Notes under the pieces: model-generated
Told to the model about the DNA's origin: nothing
The model's database searches: none
The model's input: the letters and a program-made list of their open reading frames with translations, nothing else
Program-made: the position numbers and the translations under genes
Part shown: positions 25,573-41,424 of the stretch, piece after piece
Layout of the letters: each line of letters begins with the position of its first letter
Numbering within the stretch: the first letter of the stretch is position 1
DNA from: Eledone cirrhosa
Taxonomy: Eukaryota
Direction: 5' to 3'
Assembly: GCA_964016885.1 (NCBI GenBank)
Contig: OZ024747.1
Location: 36,704,001-36,768,000, forward strand
Length of the DNA: 64,000 bases

Positions 25573-25823
25573 AACTGCATATACACATGTACACATACAA
25601 AACATATGCACATGCACATAGACAACTGAAAACATCCACATCCACACATACAATAACATTTATACCTGCACACACTTGCATGCATACATGCGTACATATC
25701 TACCTAGTTGGTGTTGTGTGAATTCCAATGAGAGAGTCTTGTAACTATGCTAGAAACCAACTCTATCTATTGGCAAACATTTGCGAAATTATAAAACCAG
25801 AAGAACATACATACAAACATACA

Positions 25824-25904
<81 letters not shown>

Positions 25905-26785
25905 GCGTGTGCGTGTGTGTGTAAAAGCATGTATATGTTCAGTATAACATTTCAAAATGGATTCCTTCATGTACAATATATTTGTAAACAGCAATAAATC
26001 TTTGAATATTTGAACCGAAGTCAGCTCAAGAGGGTGATATGGTAAACATAATAAATCAGCTATGCAGACAAACACCGAAATGTAGTAATCTGCAAATTGA
26101 TCCATTCAACACCACACCAGTGTGATTTTATATTTGTACTTGATTTGAATGTTTGTTTAATCGACCCCTGAAGGGGGAAAGGCAAATGTGACCTTGTACG
26201 GTTTAAACTCATAATCCGCAGAGATGTCTCAAAGAAGTAAGTTTGTCCGGTCCTACCAGTAATCACCCACCTGTTTTCTTTTAAAGTTAAGTACCTAGAT
26301 CGTGGCCATAAATCAGAAAGAATCAATATTACTATTGTTCCCGTCTAGGGCCATCTAATTATCGTCACATTCGAGGAAAGTCGACCTTCAATGAGGGTCC
26401 GATTCCAAGCCGAATACGAAATGGGCAGATATCAAATTCTTCAAAAACAGGCACCCGGGCAGAAACCTCTCATTCTATCTTCTGATTAAGGCCTAATAGA
26501 GCAGCCTTAGTCCTTCCTCTTTGTAAACTCCCTCTACTTACAACTCTAATAATCTTCTCATTGGTCACTTGAATTGTGATCCCTCCCCACGGCTTACTAA
26601 TTTAGTATGTATACTTGGTATAATTATTGTAATTCATGTACTTATCTTTTATTTACTATTTTTGCTTACTACTTTTGTTTACTATATTTGTTATTTGTAT
26701 ATTCTATGTTGATTCTGAATTTCTCTATATACCAATGTTTTGTACATAGCTGTTGAATATACTTCTCTGAAAAAAAGAACAGATT

Positions 26786-27147
26786 TGTTGAATATATTAC
26801 TCTGGAAAAAAAGAGCATTCTTCAGGTGTCAGTTTTGGGCAGCTCTCCTGGCGCTAAAAACGAGAGAAACTGTGTTTATTAGCAGCACTGTATTTGCACT
26901 CTAGTAATCTTTTAGGCGGTCATCAACATATTTATACAAATGAGTATTGCTTGCAACAATTTTATTTAGTTGATTAATAAATAATCTTCCTCTAATGTAT
27001 CACGACGTGTATGTGGAGAGGGGTCAGCCAATATTCAAGAATTGCTAAATAATGAATAAACCGCTCGGGTTGATCTTCTACTGAAGCTGCCCATAACTAA
27101 CACCTAAAGTAAGTTCTTTTTTTTTTCAGAGAAATATATTCAACAAC
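26786..27147. mobile_element. MITE-like element with ~55-60-bp imperfect TIRs
   Basis: tgttgaatatatt.ctctg.aaaaaaag...aggtgtcagttttgggcagct versus agctgcccataactaacacct...tttttttcagagaaatatattcaaca. Confidence 0.55.
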
Positions 27148-27989
27148 TTTGAGAAAAGAAGGAATGGCAATATAAGATTGGTTTCTCTTTTTCTTTCGCG
27201 ATAAATAGTTACTTTCCACTTACATTATCTCTTCATACTGATGTGCAAACTAAGTCAACGATGCTTTTTAACTGAAACTAGATCGCAGTATATGCGATAA
27301 AAGGACATTCTGAGTTGCATAGATTTCTCGAGAGCAGAATAAATCTAGATGAAGGGAAAGCTCTCCATGTCCAGATTGTTTACTACGTCTTCATCTAAAG
27401 ACCTTGTGCAATACATGTTATTATAACTTATTTTATTTTTAGTATAAAGAAAAACATAAATATATCGTGCTTTTGCCACCATACTTCTCTGAAAAACGTT
27501 AGAGTCATAGGTGTGACATCTTATGGTTATCTATTGCTCTATGTTTTTACAACACCATGGATTATACGCAACATTTATTTGTAATAGTCAATATGATAAT
27601 GAGGTCATATATTTAAATTCAAAAACACTAATGAGTTTTATCAAAATCAAGTCTGCAACTTTCCTACTCTAAAGAAATCATGTGTAGTGCACTCAAAGTG
27701 GAAGTGGAATTGTTTCTATTCAAACATGTGGAGAGGTTCAATTAACTCTAGGCTGTTTTTTTTTCGAATGATGGAGGACAGGAGGCTGAATTAATGCAAG
27801 AAATTCTGTCTGTATTTCTGCAATAATGCGCCAGTTTCAGCACTTGCAAATCAGAAATTGGGAGGAAGTGTAAATGCCAAACTCACAATCTTTATTTCAG
27901 TGTTCATGTCTAACATTACGTATGTTTGTGACGGAGAGAATACGACCAGTAATACAATGTAATACAAGCGGTGGAAATTAGTTCCTCTA

Positions 27990-28290
27990 TAGAGTGCGTA
28001 GCTCAAAGGCCAGTGCGTCTTCCCAGGTAGAACATCCTCTTACTGCATCAGAAGTTGCCAGATCGGGTACTATGGATATTTCGTTAGATATCATATCTAA
28101 GATAAGAGTGACTGGGCATATTTTACGGGCAAAACCAACCGACAAATGGCCCAGAAGTAGACAATGTGCAAAGTAGCATGCAAGACGGATAGAGTTCATA
28201 AGCTCGCCTGGTGTTGATTCCAATACGATTCTCAGGAAAACTTGCCTGTGTACTCTGCTTCCCCGACCCTCTGAATACCCTCTGAAGTGG
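27990..28290 (+). pseudogene. Possible decayed LINE (RTE-like) ORF2 C-terminal fragment
   Basis: IISKIRVTGHILRAKPTDKWP resembles the W.GH..R...DRW motif. Confidence 0.3.
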
Positions 28291-31003
28291 GGGATGAAGA
28301 AGAGAAGAAAGCTAATGAGGTTATACAATTGATTGTAATGCAGTGATAATAGAGATAGTTTTAAGTAATTAATTACAGTAACAACGATTAAGCTTCTGTA
28401 ATTAATAATACATTGCAAATGAAAACCGCATTTCTAATTTCAATATTATAATTCCGTTATAATTATCTAAATAAATAATCGAAGACCTGGAACACATATT
28501 ATAATGGGCTGAAATAGATTCGTGTACACTCTTTCAAAATTCTCACTGATTACGCCATTATTTATTTTACATACGTTCGAATGTGAGATCATTCCTCTAT
28601 TTGTTTAATGCATTTTGAGATGATTTACGAGTTAGCAATTAATAAAATGTGATAATTATTAAATTCTTTAAAACATTTGTATAATTTTAGAAATTTTAAC
28701 GTTCTATTTTATACTGTCCGCAAGAAGCGGGGATGGCTTTACTTCATCTAACTTAACTATCTAAATATAATGCACTACATGATATACTGTTGAATTACAC
28801 TTGCCATACTAACTGTTTATTCTTGTGTGTGAGAATTTAGTTTGCCTTAGCCTTGAAATGGAATATTTCTTCATTTATAGTTACGCTATTTTTTCTTACG
28901 CAGTGTGTTCTAATATTTTCCATGTGTGCAAACAGTAGTCATTAACATGTATTATTACAGAATATTTTGCTATGGTAATAAGTGACATTACTTTCCTCTG
29001 GTAGTTCACAGTTCTATTCATGTAAATCATAAAACCAATCTATTCGCCCCTGGTGCTCTTTTCATTTTCAGATTTTCCATTAACCTGTTCATATGTTGTC
29101 ACATGTGCATACCTAAGATGAATGCAACATTGCTGAAAAATGCATCTTGGTATGTTACTCAAGGATACCAAATGGAATAGAAAATTTGACAATTTAGAAT
29201 TCAACATCATAGATTGAGCAGTTTAACGCATACCTGTCTGACAGAAGCTTTGTGTATGACTATTATAACCCACTGATGTCATCAATGAAATGTCAGACAT
29301 TGTTTGCTGAGAAGAAATAGTTTTATAACAGATTGTATAATATGGATATCTGCGGCCTATCCTCATTTATAATATTTTGCCCATAGAATATCGAAGCAAA
29401 AACAAATGTCATAGTTGTAGGGACGTTGCTAAGAACATTATGGTAACTTTGTTTCTATCTTCGTACCAAAAGGTTAGAAGTAAAAACTCGGAGCTTGGGA
29501 TGATGGATGATGGATTTAGAGTAAGCAATTTCATTAACGACATAAAGATACCTTCTTACACACCAAAGTGTAATCAATCTGGATCAAGAATCACACTATT
29601 ATTGACATAATTGTGTTACTTCGTGAGTATTTTCAGGATTTCCAAAAGTTCCGTCTAAAAGATTAACCAACACGTAAGATAGTAAACATTTTTATCTAAA
29701 TATCTGTCACGGGATAAGTTTAGGCATTCATTTCTTTGTAAGGCTTTTATTTGTACGTTTAGTGCCATCCCTGATTAATGTGCAGACAGTGCCATTCCTA
29801 ATACGTTTCAGTTTAAAGAATATGAAATATAACTTTCAGAAATCAGGATCACTCATGCTGATCAAAATGAGACATGCTTTCTGCGACGGCTGCGGTTTAT
29901 GACACATACTCTACTGTCTAGTGTCGGGGTTTATTAACAACGTACTTTAGATTCCATTCAGTTGTTTCACATCTGGGACAGGGTTTGACAGATCTTACAG
30001 CACTCAATTTTTATATTTTTATTGATTTTCTTTTAAAGTTTTCAAATACATTTGAATAAATCTATTCTGTACCGGTTATTTAGAAGACAGAATATACTGA
30101 TAATGACATTTGAATTGAATTTCCACTAATCCAATATGTGTACTATGTAAAGAAGAGAATAGTTTAGATTGACAGAAAAGTCATTTAAAGTTGTTATCAG
30201 TATCTTTTGCAATCCAAATTAGCAAAATGTAACAGCTTTATACTAATATATCTTGACAATGTAGGAAAATGGCCACGACAACATAAACATTCAAATGACA
30301 GTTACAGCAACTGCCAGCTTCTAATTCGCAGAACCAAGTGAATGCAAAGTATGTAGGGGTTCGGTTAAATATCACATAAAAGATACAAGATATTATGGCA
30401 GAGTCCTTGAAAATTCCATGGACAGTAAAACCTTTGCGAGTAAGACACCCTTTGAGCAGTGACCTGGCTAAGATTGTACAGCATAGTAGACCTCGTTAAA
30501 TTAGCCATGGGAGAGGTGAGCGGGTTAGACAAGGTCATGGATTAAACCACCTAATCAAGATATTGTTTCATCAAATGCTGATGGAGTAACCTCTACCTGG
30601 TTACATTCCACCCCCTTTTGATTTGGGCATGTATTCAGGGGTGTAGCAGTACGCACTACACTTGTCCAATTGCTGTTTGATGAGGGGAATAAGGAAATGT
30701 TTTTAGTAAATATTTTGAGGCGATATTCCAGGATATTTCGGTCTACACGGTCTATGTATATTAACAATAATTTTATGGTACTATAGTAAAAAAGAAAAAG
30801 GAAATAATAACAAAAAAGTAACTACTGAATGTAAGTTGAAATGCATGCAATATACAGATTTCTATTACAACAATATAATATTTAGAACTGTTTTTCATCC
30901 GTAACTACATTATTATGTTACTCAACATAGCATATATTTCGAAACTTAATAAATTAGAGTGTTCACATTTAAGTATTCTAAATTTATATATATATATATA
31001 TTC

Positions 31004-31043
<40 letters not shown>

Positions 31044-31993
31044 TATATTTCATATTTACTATCAAATTCAAATGACGTGTTGTTATGGTGTGCATAACGT
31101 TACATAACTAATATGCGCTTATTTAAAGTTGCATGCAAGACGATAGCTGACAAATATATTAAATGCAGTTTTCTTGTTGTGGCCCACGTTTTCTTCTTTT
31201 AATGATATAGAATGTCAAGAATGATATTGGTTTTATAATGTATATGATAGATTAGACAGCAATGATAATTGAATTGCTTTTTTATGTCCAGACATAAAAT
31301 TATTCTAGCTTAACATTTTCCTTGTCAGGAATATAACATATTTCCCAAATTTTGAACAACCACTCTGACACACACAGACATCAAACATGCATATATTTAC
31401 TAAGATTAAATTTTGAATGTTGAATATTTGACTTTGTACCTCAAATCAGATTTTATGTGCTTGTAAATGTGTATATATATGCATAAACATTGTTTTATAC
31501 GTATGTACATATGCATAAATCGGTTGAGTTCTACACTTTTGGCGCGATTTTATTCGATTTTAGCTACCAAAATCACGTATTATCATCTACGAGAATTTCA
31601 TTCCCCTTTTTCGTTAGAGGCTAAGTGACAGAATGCCATGAACTGCTGTATAGATTATCCAGCACTAAAAGCTTACGCACACTCAGTGGAAGTATCGCAT
31701 AAGATTTACATGGCAGTCCTGCTGATGACGTGCAATAGCCCGATTGAGTAATTATCTGAACATCGCAGTAGTAAAATCTGCATTTGTAAGGAAATATTAC
31801 ACATAAACAATCGTTCAGGAATGTGAAAATATATCTCTAATTAAAAACACACCCAACGCTCTACAGTAAAAAGAAATGAGTGCACTCTGAACAGGTGATT
31901 GCAGCTTCATAACTGTAATTCACTAGATGTGCTGAGTGAACTAGACACTGGCTGAAGGACGCTGTATTATACCAGCGATTTTCATTTATACTG

Positions 31994-32041
<48 letters not shown>

Positions 32042-32082
32042 GAAAAACAAAGAGCGCTTACATCATCAATTAATCTTTATTT

Positions 32083-32127
32083 GCTGACAGTGTTTCGTCC
32101 TTGCATAATTGCAGGACTCATCAGAGC
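32083..32127 (-). ncRNA. Canonical minimal type I hammerhead ribozyme in a solo pLTR-like repeat (about 32040-32815)
   Basis: gct-CTGATGA-GTCC-tgcaattatgcaa-GGAC-GAAAC-act-GTC-agc followed by aaataaa. Confidence 0.85.
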
Positions 32128-32872
32128 GTATAAAGAGGAATTAGATCAATAGGATAAACTCTACCGACCTATATCTCAAGAACGATCCATATGTAGCACA
32201 GAGGACTAAGAAAAGTGGGGTGCTTGCACGACCCGTCACCGCTAGAAGTCGATACATATAAGACCAAAATCAGTTACAATAATTAAAGATAAGGAAAAAT
32301 AAAAGATAAGGACATTAAAGATAAGAGATAAAACGTAAAGGGTAGAGTCTAGAAGTAAGGATAAAATAAAGATAACAATAAAGTGATGATAATATAGGAA
32401 AATATAAAAAAATAATAAAAAATAATAAAAATAAAAATGAGAATAAAATATGAGAATAAAAATAGGAGGTGATAAAAATAAAGATAAAAATAAAAATGAA
32501 ACATAAAAGATAACACATTATATAATCAATGGAAATAAATGCAAATAAATGTAGTTGTACACAGTAAAGGATTTCAGAGGTGACAGTTTAAGAATAATAT
32601 CAACCAAAGTGAATGACGTAGGCAGAGTCAGATATAGCGGGAGCCAGATAAAGCGATCATATAGGGGAATTCCATATATCCATCACAGTATGGCATCAAG
32701 TGTTATAGGTGGCGTTCAAATTATCTGTGTGGTTCACAGAACATATAGGTTGCTATAGCAAAGCGTAGTGAAAGCAGGTGAAAGCAATCATCATGGATAT
32801 CAGTAGAATATAACGTTTGCGTGTGTGTGTGTGTGTGTGTATATGTGTATCAGTCTACATAAACCTATGTAC

Positions 32873-32963
<91 letters not shown>

Positions 32964-33205
32964 CATACATATATCTACGTGTTCCATTCGTCCGTGTTAC
33001 CCCTTACGATTACAATATCATCCAATCCAGTCTCATGTTGGGATCAATACATCTGCATCAAAGCTGTGGGGTTGTGAATCCATGCAATCCTAAGTTTCCC
33101 AGCATACCACGTGGTGTAACGAATGACTTAAATTATCCAATTATATATATATATATATATTAAAATATAAGTATTAATAAAATAGATGTTCTTTTGATCA
33201 ATTAC

Positions 33206-33250
33206 ATTTTATTATACATATTTCGGATGTACGTCCTCATCAGACAAAAT
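33206..33250 (-). ncRNA. Minimal type I hammerhead ribozyme
   Basis: attttgt-CTGATGA-GGA-cgtaca-TCC-GAAA-TATGTA-TA-ataaaat, with 7-bp stem I. Confidence 0.8.
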
Positions 33251-33464
33251 ATAATGATACATAACATACCCTGAGATGTTAAATGGTTAAGATTTAATCA
33301 AGGTATATATATATAAACAATGAGTTATATGCTTTATTGATGATTATTCAACAGAATTATGTTCATAACAGATGTGAAGCACTCTACAAAAGAAATCTTA
33401 TCTGGAGTATTATAATATTATTAATGGTAATAAATGGAAAATATCACTATAGCATCATATATAT

Positions 33465-33520
33465 TTTTATTATACGTATTTCAAGGATACCAAATTATAG
33501 TATGCTTTCATCAGATAAAA
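33465..33520 (-). ncRNA. Type I hammerhead ribozyme (family of 4168 and 8539)
   Basis: ttttat-CTGATGA-aagcatac...gtatcctt-GAAA-TACGTA-TA-ataaaa. Confidence 0.8.
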
Positions 33521-34220
33521 TATAATATTTGATGTATATACACGAAATATAACCCTTTAACTTTGGCTTATAGTGGGCATGTGGAATAAAACTCAATTTC
33601 ACAAGGTATATCTTAACAGGGATATATTGAACCGATAAAAAGATCGTTACTTCAGAGAATTTTGAAAAAATAGTGTTTATATTGGTTGTGGGGCGGCCGT
33701 TAAAGGGTGCTGTGTCAATTAATTAAAGATTTATGCATAATTATATATATAATCGAGGGAATATTCCCGTATAGACGTATATGCTATATTTTAGAATTAT
33801 GATATATATTTATATTTGTTAAAAAAATAATTGTAGGGTAATATATTTTAACATATACGTATGTATGGTTAAATATATGGATATACAATCATGTATATAA
33901 CTGCTGTATATATGTATTTATTTAGGTCTATAATTATGTCGATCTATTTAGGTATTTATCTAATGATCTATCTATGTCTTGACTATCTATCAATTCTGTC
34001 TATCTCTCTGTGTTCTCTCTATCTTTCTCTCACTCTCTCTATCACTTTGCTTGTTGTCCTCATGTCTACATACCTACATATATGCCTGGCAGTCTGTCTG
34101 TCTGTCTGTCCATCTATCTAGCAACCTACCTAGTGCTTGTGCTACAATGAAATGTACCTGTACAATATATATGATACAGCACATACTTAAATATGGAATG
34201 ATACGCAATGCCCCCCCCTT

Positions 34221-34261
<41 letters not shown>

Positions 34262-34262
<1 letters not shown>

Positions 34263-37020
34263 AGCCCCACCGGACAGGATGGAGAAGGCGTTTCCCCGGA
34301 GGACGGCAAGGGAGACGCGCTGGAAAAGCCACTCCAACTCGTTGGGCTCACACATGCGGCTGGCACAACCGCAAATCTGACGGAGAGCGACCGGTATTTG
34401 AGGAGTTTAGCCATCTCAGCACGACTTGTAGCAGAACCAGGGTTAGTCGCAGACTCACCAGGTTGCGGCTGCAGAAAGTGTCGGTGCAAGTGGCATCCCA
34501 GACGATGGGTTTTCCACCCCAGAACGGGAATAAGGTCATGCCATCTGGCCTTTTGCCGTCCCCTCGGTCCAGCCCCACCGACTCGAGCTTGGATGGGAAG
34601 CCCTCAGCGTCCAAGCCATGCTTTATGACCTCGTTGAGGGCAGCATGGCGAGGAAGGCGGCCGGCACTGTGGCGACAGGAAAGCGGGTGGAGGCCGAAAG
34701 AGTCAACGGTGGATCCGCAGCGACATTGGTGTGGGTCGCAGATCCGGAGGCCGAGCCTCAAGGAAACGCCGATGCACACACTATTGTTGTCTAGCTGCGT
34801 GCCAGTGGAGAACGAGGGCAGGGCATGGAGCCAGTCACCACTGTGGGGTTTGGAGGCAAGGCGGTGCTGCTCGAACTGGCGCCTGAGCCTGTCCGAGGCC
34901 AGGCTGCACTGGATGGCATTAGGGGGACTTGACGTCAACAGGGGGAGACGTCTACTGGGCTAAGTCCCAGTCGGTCCCACGTCTCACAGGCTGCCTCACG
35001 TTCTCTGAACACAGAGGGGTCAATGGTGTTTTGAAGAACCCTGCTGACGAGAACGCGGCACGAGATTAGCGACGAAAGATACGCTGGCAAAGCCAGTGAG
35101 ATTGCGGACCGGAGGCCAAGGCTGCCATACCAGACAGGTAAAGTGGCCTGTTGCCATACAATATTGTCAAACTTGACGTTGCATTTATCCTCGGCTGCTG
35201 CTCGGATACATGTATCGAGGTCAGCGAGGAGCGATGTGTGGGTGTAGCACCGAGCGCTGCGAAGGGTATAGAGGAGCTTCAGCATAGCGAAGCAGTTCCT
35301 CAACAGAAAGAGAGCTGGGTGGCCGTCAATCAAGCTCAGTTGGCCCGTGAGAGTCTGGAGTTGTTGAAGCCTGGATCTGATGGTGGAGCGGAAGGCCGGC
35401 GGGTGGATCGCTGACCCGAGGAAGAAGACATCCTCTTTGGGGGTCACCTGTACCTGGTAGAGAATGGACCGCACGTCCGAGACGGAGGCTGCAAAGCTCT
35501 CAGCATCGTGGCTGACATTCACCACCTCTGACTTGGCTGAGTTGACCTGGAGGCCGATTCCCGCTAGGGCAGGAACCACCGATAGTAGATCATGGCAGGC
35601 AGTCTGTAAGAGCCCGCCCAACGTAGCATAATCCAGATACCAAACGTGGAGAGTGGCCGTGATACTCCGGGCGATGTGGTCTATACCAAGGACAAACAGG
35701 AGGGGGTCACAAAGGGTCACCCTGTATGAGCCCAGTAGCCGAAGGTATGACCGTATCAGCTGCAAGGAGCATGCTCGGGGCTTCAGATGACAGGTAGGCC
35801 AACGGGTAGGCAGAGGGAGTTTTGCTGAGGCAGGCATCGAGCAAATGGTCCCGGCGTAAGCAGTTGAAGGCATTCCTCATGTCAAGCTTGACAATGATGT
35901 GCCTGGAGTCCCTGGATGCTGGTTTCGGTGGGCAGCTGTTGATGAACTGCTTGGTTGCACGTGCGGCCCCCTCACGCCGACACCCACTTGCTCGGAGTGA
36001 ACTCCTCACCCAGACCACCTTGGCAGCCAGCCTCCGGAAGATATTGCCCACGGCGATGGTATGTGTGCCAGCCTCTTTCTTCCTGAGAGCTGTGAGGCTA
36101 GCTGAAAAAAATAGGTCTCGGGCGTGAGGGCCAGGGTGCCATGGGTGAGCCTATTGGTGAGCGCAACAATTGCACTCAGAAGGCGGCGCCCTGTCTCAGC
36201 GGAGAGGGGGGGGATATCAACAACTTGAGGTGGCTTGGTCTGTGTCCACCAGCACCTCCGCTACTGCTAGCTGGGAACGACTTGATGGCGGACATGATGT
36301 CTGCGTCGGAAGCCACAAGGAGCAAGTGGGGGTCGCGTGGGGGTATGGGTCTTAGATTAGCGGGTGGCTCAGGGTGCTTGAGTCGCAGGGCTTCCAGGAC
36401 CTCCTCGGTGGGTTGGAGGACAGTGTCCTCTGAGGCAACCATTCTCACTGCGGCCGAGACATCATCCATCATGAATTTAGAATTCACGCGGTCACGCAAA
36501 CGCTTGGCACTGGCCTCAGTGGTGGAGGATTGGGGGTACCCGAAGGTGGGGTGTGTGGAGTCCCTAGGCACGCTTGGAATGGGCGCTTGCCCAAAGGACG
36601 AAACATTGGCCTTAACGAAGAGCTGGGGAGGCCGAGGCTGAGGCGAGTGGGGCGAAATAAAAGAGTCGCTCCCAGTCGCTGGCTCCATTGGAGTCCAGGG
36701 CACTTTCAATCGAGGAATCCTGAGTGGGATCATCCGGAGCCGCCTGAGCCGAGCGATGTTGACCAGTGACGCTTGGGCGTCAGGCAAGCGCGCTGTCTCA
36801 TCTGGTGGTGTGCCAGACGGCCGTAGCTGGGCAGACGAGAGGAAGAGGCAGTTCCTGCATCTCCACGCTGCGAGGGCGCTGGAAGATCGACTTGTCAAGC
36901 CAACACAGGTGAGGTGGTGGAAGCAGCCGCACCCCGAACAGTTCCGGCCTCTCTTCAGTCTGTTAGTGGTGCTGCAATTGTCGGCTTGGGAGGATGGGGA
37001 TGGGGCGTAAGGCCGGGTAC
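34262..37020 (-). mobile_element. CRE-clade-like non-LTR retrotransposon (PHD-like finger, RT, RLE), frameshifted
   Basis: IAVGNIFRRLAAKV, KLDMRNAFN, QGDPL, WYLDY (YLDD), WQQATLPV..LGLR, GDWLHALP, CRCG..HPLSC, RH..LN, KRPDG..WDAT, FQRVSLAVLRGNA. Much more GC-rich than its flanks, with the 3' end in (TG)n. Confidence 0.9.
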
Positions 37021-37779
37021 TGATGAATGTAAAAAAAAACCAACAACAATAAATACAAAGTTTGGGGGGAAATAAATGTATTATATATTTATTACTATTT
37101 AATTTACATAAGTAAACATTGACAGAAACTAACTCTTATTATTTGTAATGTTTAATGAAGAATTTCTTATAATTGTATTCGAAATGTGATTCATATAACG
37201 GTAAGTGTTGTTTTGAATGAATATATATATATATACTTATATCTACTGGAACGTAGAAATATATTTATATATTAATATATATAAAAGGTAAGTGAATTAT
37301 ATATATAATAGAGATAGGTAATAATTTAATCATAAATCATATGAAGATTTTCATAGAGTCTATCTAATATTTTATCCCTAAACCTTATAAAAAGTATTCG
37401 AGGCTCTATGCAAACAAGAGCTGAAAATATCGTTTTTTTATGTTAAAATAGAAACTTCATTCAATAATATGAAGTATTTCCTCTTTACAAAGATGACAAA
37501 TTTTTGAAATAGAAGAATGTAGGTCGGGTGATGCGCTGTGAAGTTTATTCCAACATATTGAATAATCGATATTTTTTTGTTTTTTAAAGATCAAATTAAT
37601 TGTGATAGGGAAGTTGAGAATTTCTTATCTATCCGTTTAAATGTATGTTTAGGGTTATACCAGCCCATCCTTAAATTTTGATGACGTGGCCCCGATGTAA
37701 TTATACAGTTTATCATTAGTTTTAACAGTGCATACACTAAATTTCTATCGAGGCAGTTATTATTTAACGGGCAAGAAAT

Positions 37780-38990
37780 ACTGTTCTTACAATTACAATT
37801 TCTTATGTTGTTATTAGATGATATAGCTCTATTATTCAGGTGTAAATTATTATTATTGTTATTGGTATTATCGATATTATTGTTATTGTTTGGGGTTATT
37901 TCTAGTTGGTTTAATTTGAGATTCGTATTATTAATTTCTGCTATATATTAGGCTACGTTAATAGTTATTGAGTAAGAGAGTTTAATTGTGTGTCTATAAA
38001 AAATCTGGTAATATCTATGGGTTTCGGAAAACATTTATCGACAGCTTTAAAGAACTGTTTTTGTTCTAAACATGTCTTAATTCCTATGGAAATTATAGAT
38101 CGGGTTCTGACTTTTCTATGTGATTTTAGATTTTTGTTTACATTGTGATTATTCTGGTTATGTGGTTTATTTATGTTATTATTATATACTTTTGCATATT
38201 ATCCTTTTTTATGTCATTAATGTTATTATTGTATCCTGTCCTGTGTAGGGCTTCGTTATAGTATTCTGCTTTATTGTCAAATACATTTTTTATTAGCGGA
38301 GAGTCTTGAAATTCTGAGTTGGACACTATTGACTATAGCTTTTTTAACGTTTTTAGGGTGGTTGGAATACAAGCTGACATAGCTTAGGTTTTCGTGTAGC
38401 TTGTGGAATGGGTAATATAGGCCTGTATTATGATTTAAGGTAACGTCAAAGATATCAACTATTTTATTATAGTTTTCTATTTCTAGTTTAAGGTCATAAT
38501 TATTAAAGAAGTCTATAATAATTTTCTTTTTTTTCTGTTAAGGTCACTATTGCTATGATTATTTACTATGAATAATGCATGGCCACGAATCAAACCCCCG
38601 GCAATTTCCGGCAATTTCCTATGTATAGAATTAAGGATAAACATTCCAACGATGTCTGTAACCTGAGCTGAGCCCGAAGAACCCATGGTGATATCACACA
38701 TTACAAGTCTATGAGCTCTGGTTCAGAGTTCACCGTTAAATTCTTTAAGGGATTTTCTCGCGGTTAATATGAGGTATATTTCATCTCTTGATATATCTGT
38801 ACGTTTAGATGCGCAGATAAGTGCTTTGTGAAGTAAATTAGGAGTTATGGAAGTAGAATAGTTACCTATATCCATTTGGATGAATTTAAAGTTACTTTTA
38901 GATTTTATGTTTACAAACCAGTCTATTACTTCGTTTGTTCCATTCCAAAGTTTGAGATTTTAGTTTCAACATTGGTATAATTTTATTTAG
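37780..38990 (-). mobile_element. PLE RT fragment (Hydra-like), decayed
   Basis: VIDWF..FKFIQMDI, DITMGSSGSAQVTDIVG, VDIFDVTLN, YVSLYSNHP. Confidence 0.8.
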
Positions 38991-39733
38991 TATATATATA
39001 TACATACATACATGGTGGCTGCCAACTCGTTTTCGAGTACGGCCATTAATTTACATCCATGTAGGAGAACCCCTACCGATGCGCTGAACGAGTGTGATTT
39101 TTTAGTCCAGCCAGCGACTTGAAAACTCTAGTACGAACACTACACTTGTGACAATTATTGACACATAGTGCTGGGCCCATGGAACCATGTGACGAGAAAA
39201 GCAGAGAGATCTCCAGATATAAAGGAATGCCTGTGCCGTGAAGCTTTTATAGTGAGCAAAGGCACTGTACAAAGCCAGTCCCACTCTCTTAACCAAGATG
39301 ATATTTACTAAAAAGAATAACAAGTCAACATCATTGGATACCATCAGGGTTGCAGGTGTTATATCAGAGTTTTCCTTCTCCTAGAATTCTGCCTTGACAA
39401 AAGCTAAGGGGTCATCTCTCCCGGTGAATTTGGATGGCCATTGACTATTAAGAGCACCTATGCCCTTTGACAGGTTTTGTTTTTAGTCCTGCAGGATGTC
39501 CAAAGTCACCCTCCTCAATAAGAAACCTTGGTGGGGCTGCCAGTTTAGACCATGAGACAGGATCTACTGGGATACATGTTACCAGTAGCACCAACTGGTG
39601 ACCTGACATATAAACATACATACATACATATACACACATATATATACACATATATATATATACATATATATATATACATATATATACATATATATATATA
39701 TACATATATATACATATATATAAATATACATAC

Positions 39734-41376
<1,643 letters not shown>

Positions 41377-41424
41377 TGTACATATATATATACATATACA
41401 TATAGATATACATATATATATATA

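Noticed and set aside
29100-30330. Possible decayed CR1/L2 endonuclease and RT remnants
   Set aside because: Only faint motif resemblance (SGSRITLLLT), too weak to call.
31720-31775. CTGATGA as a hammerhead core
   Set aside because: No GAAA and no convincing stems II or III.
34208-36641. Long plus-strand ORFs
   Set aside because: They are antisense shadows of the GC-rich CRE-like ORF.
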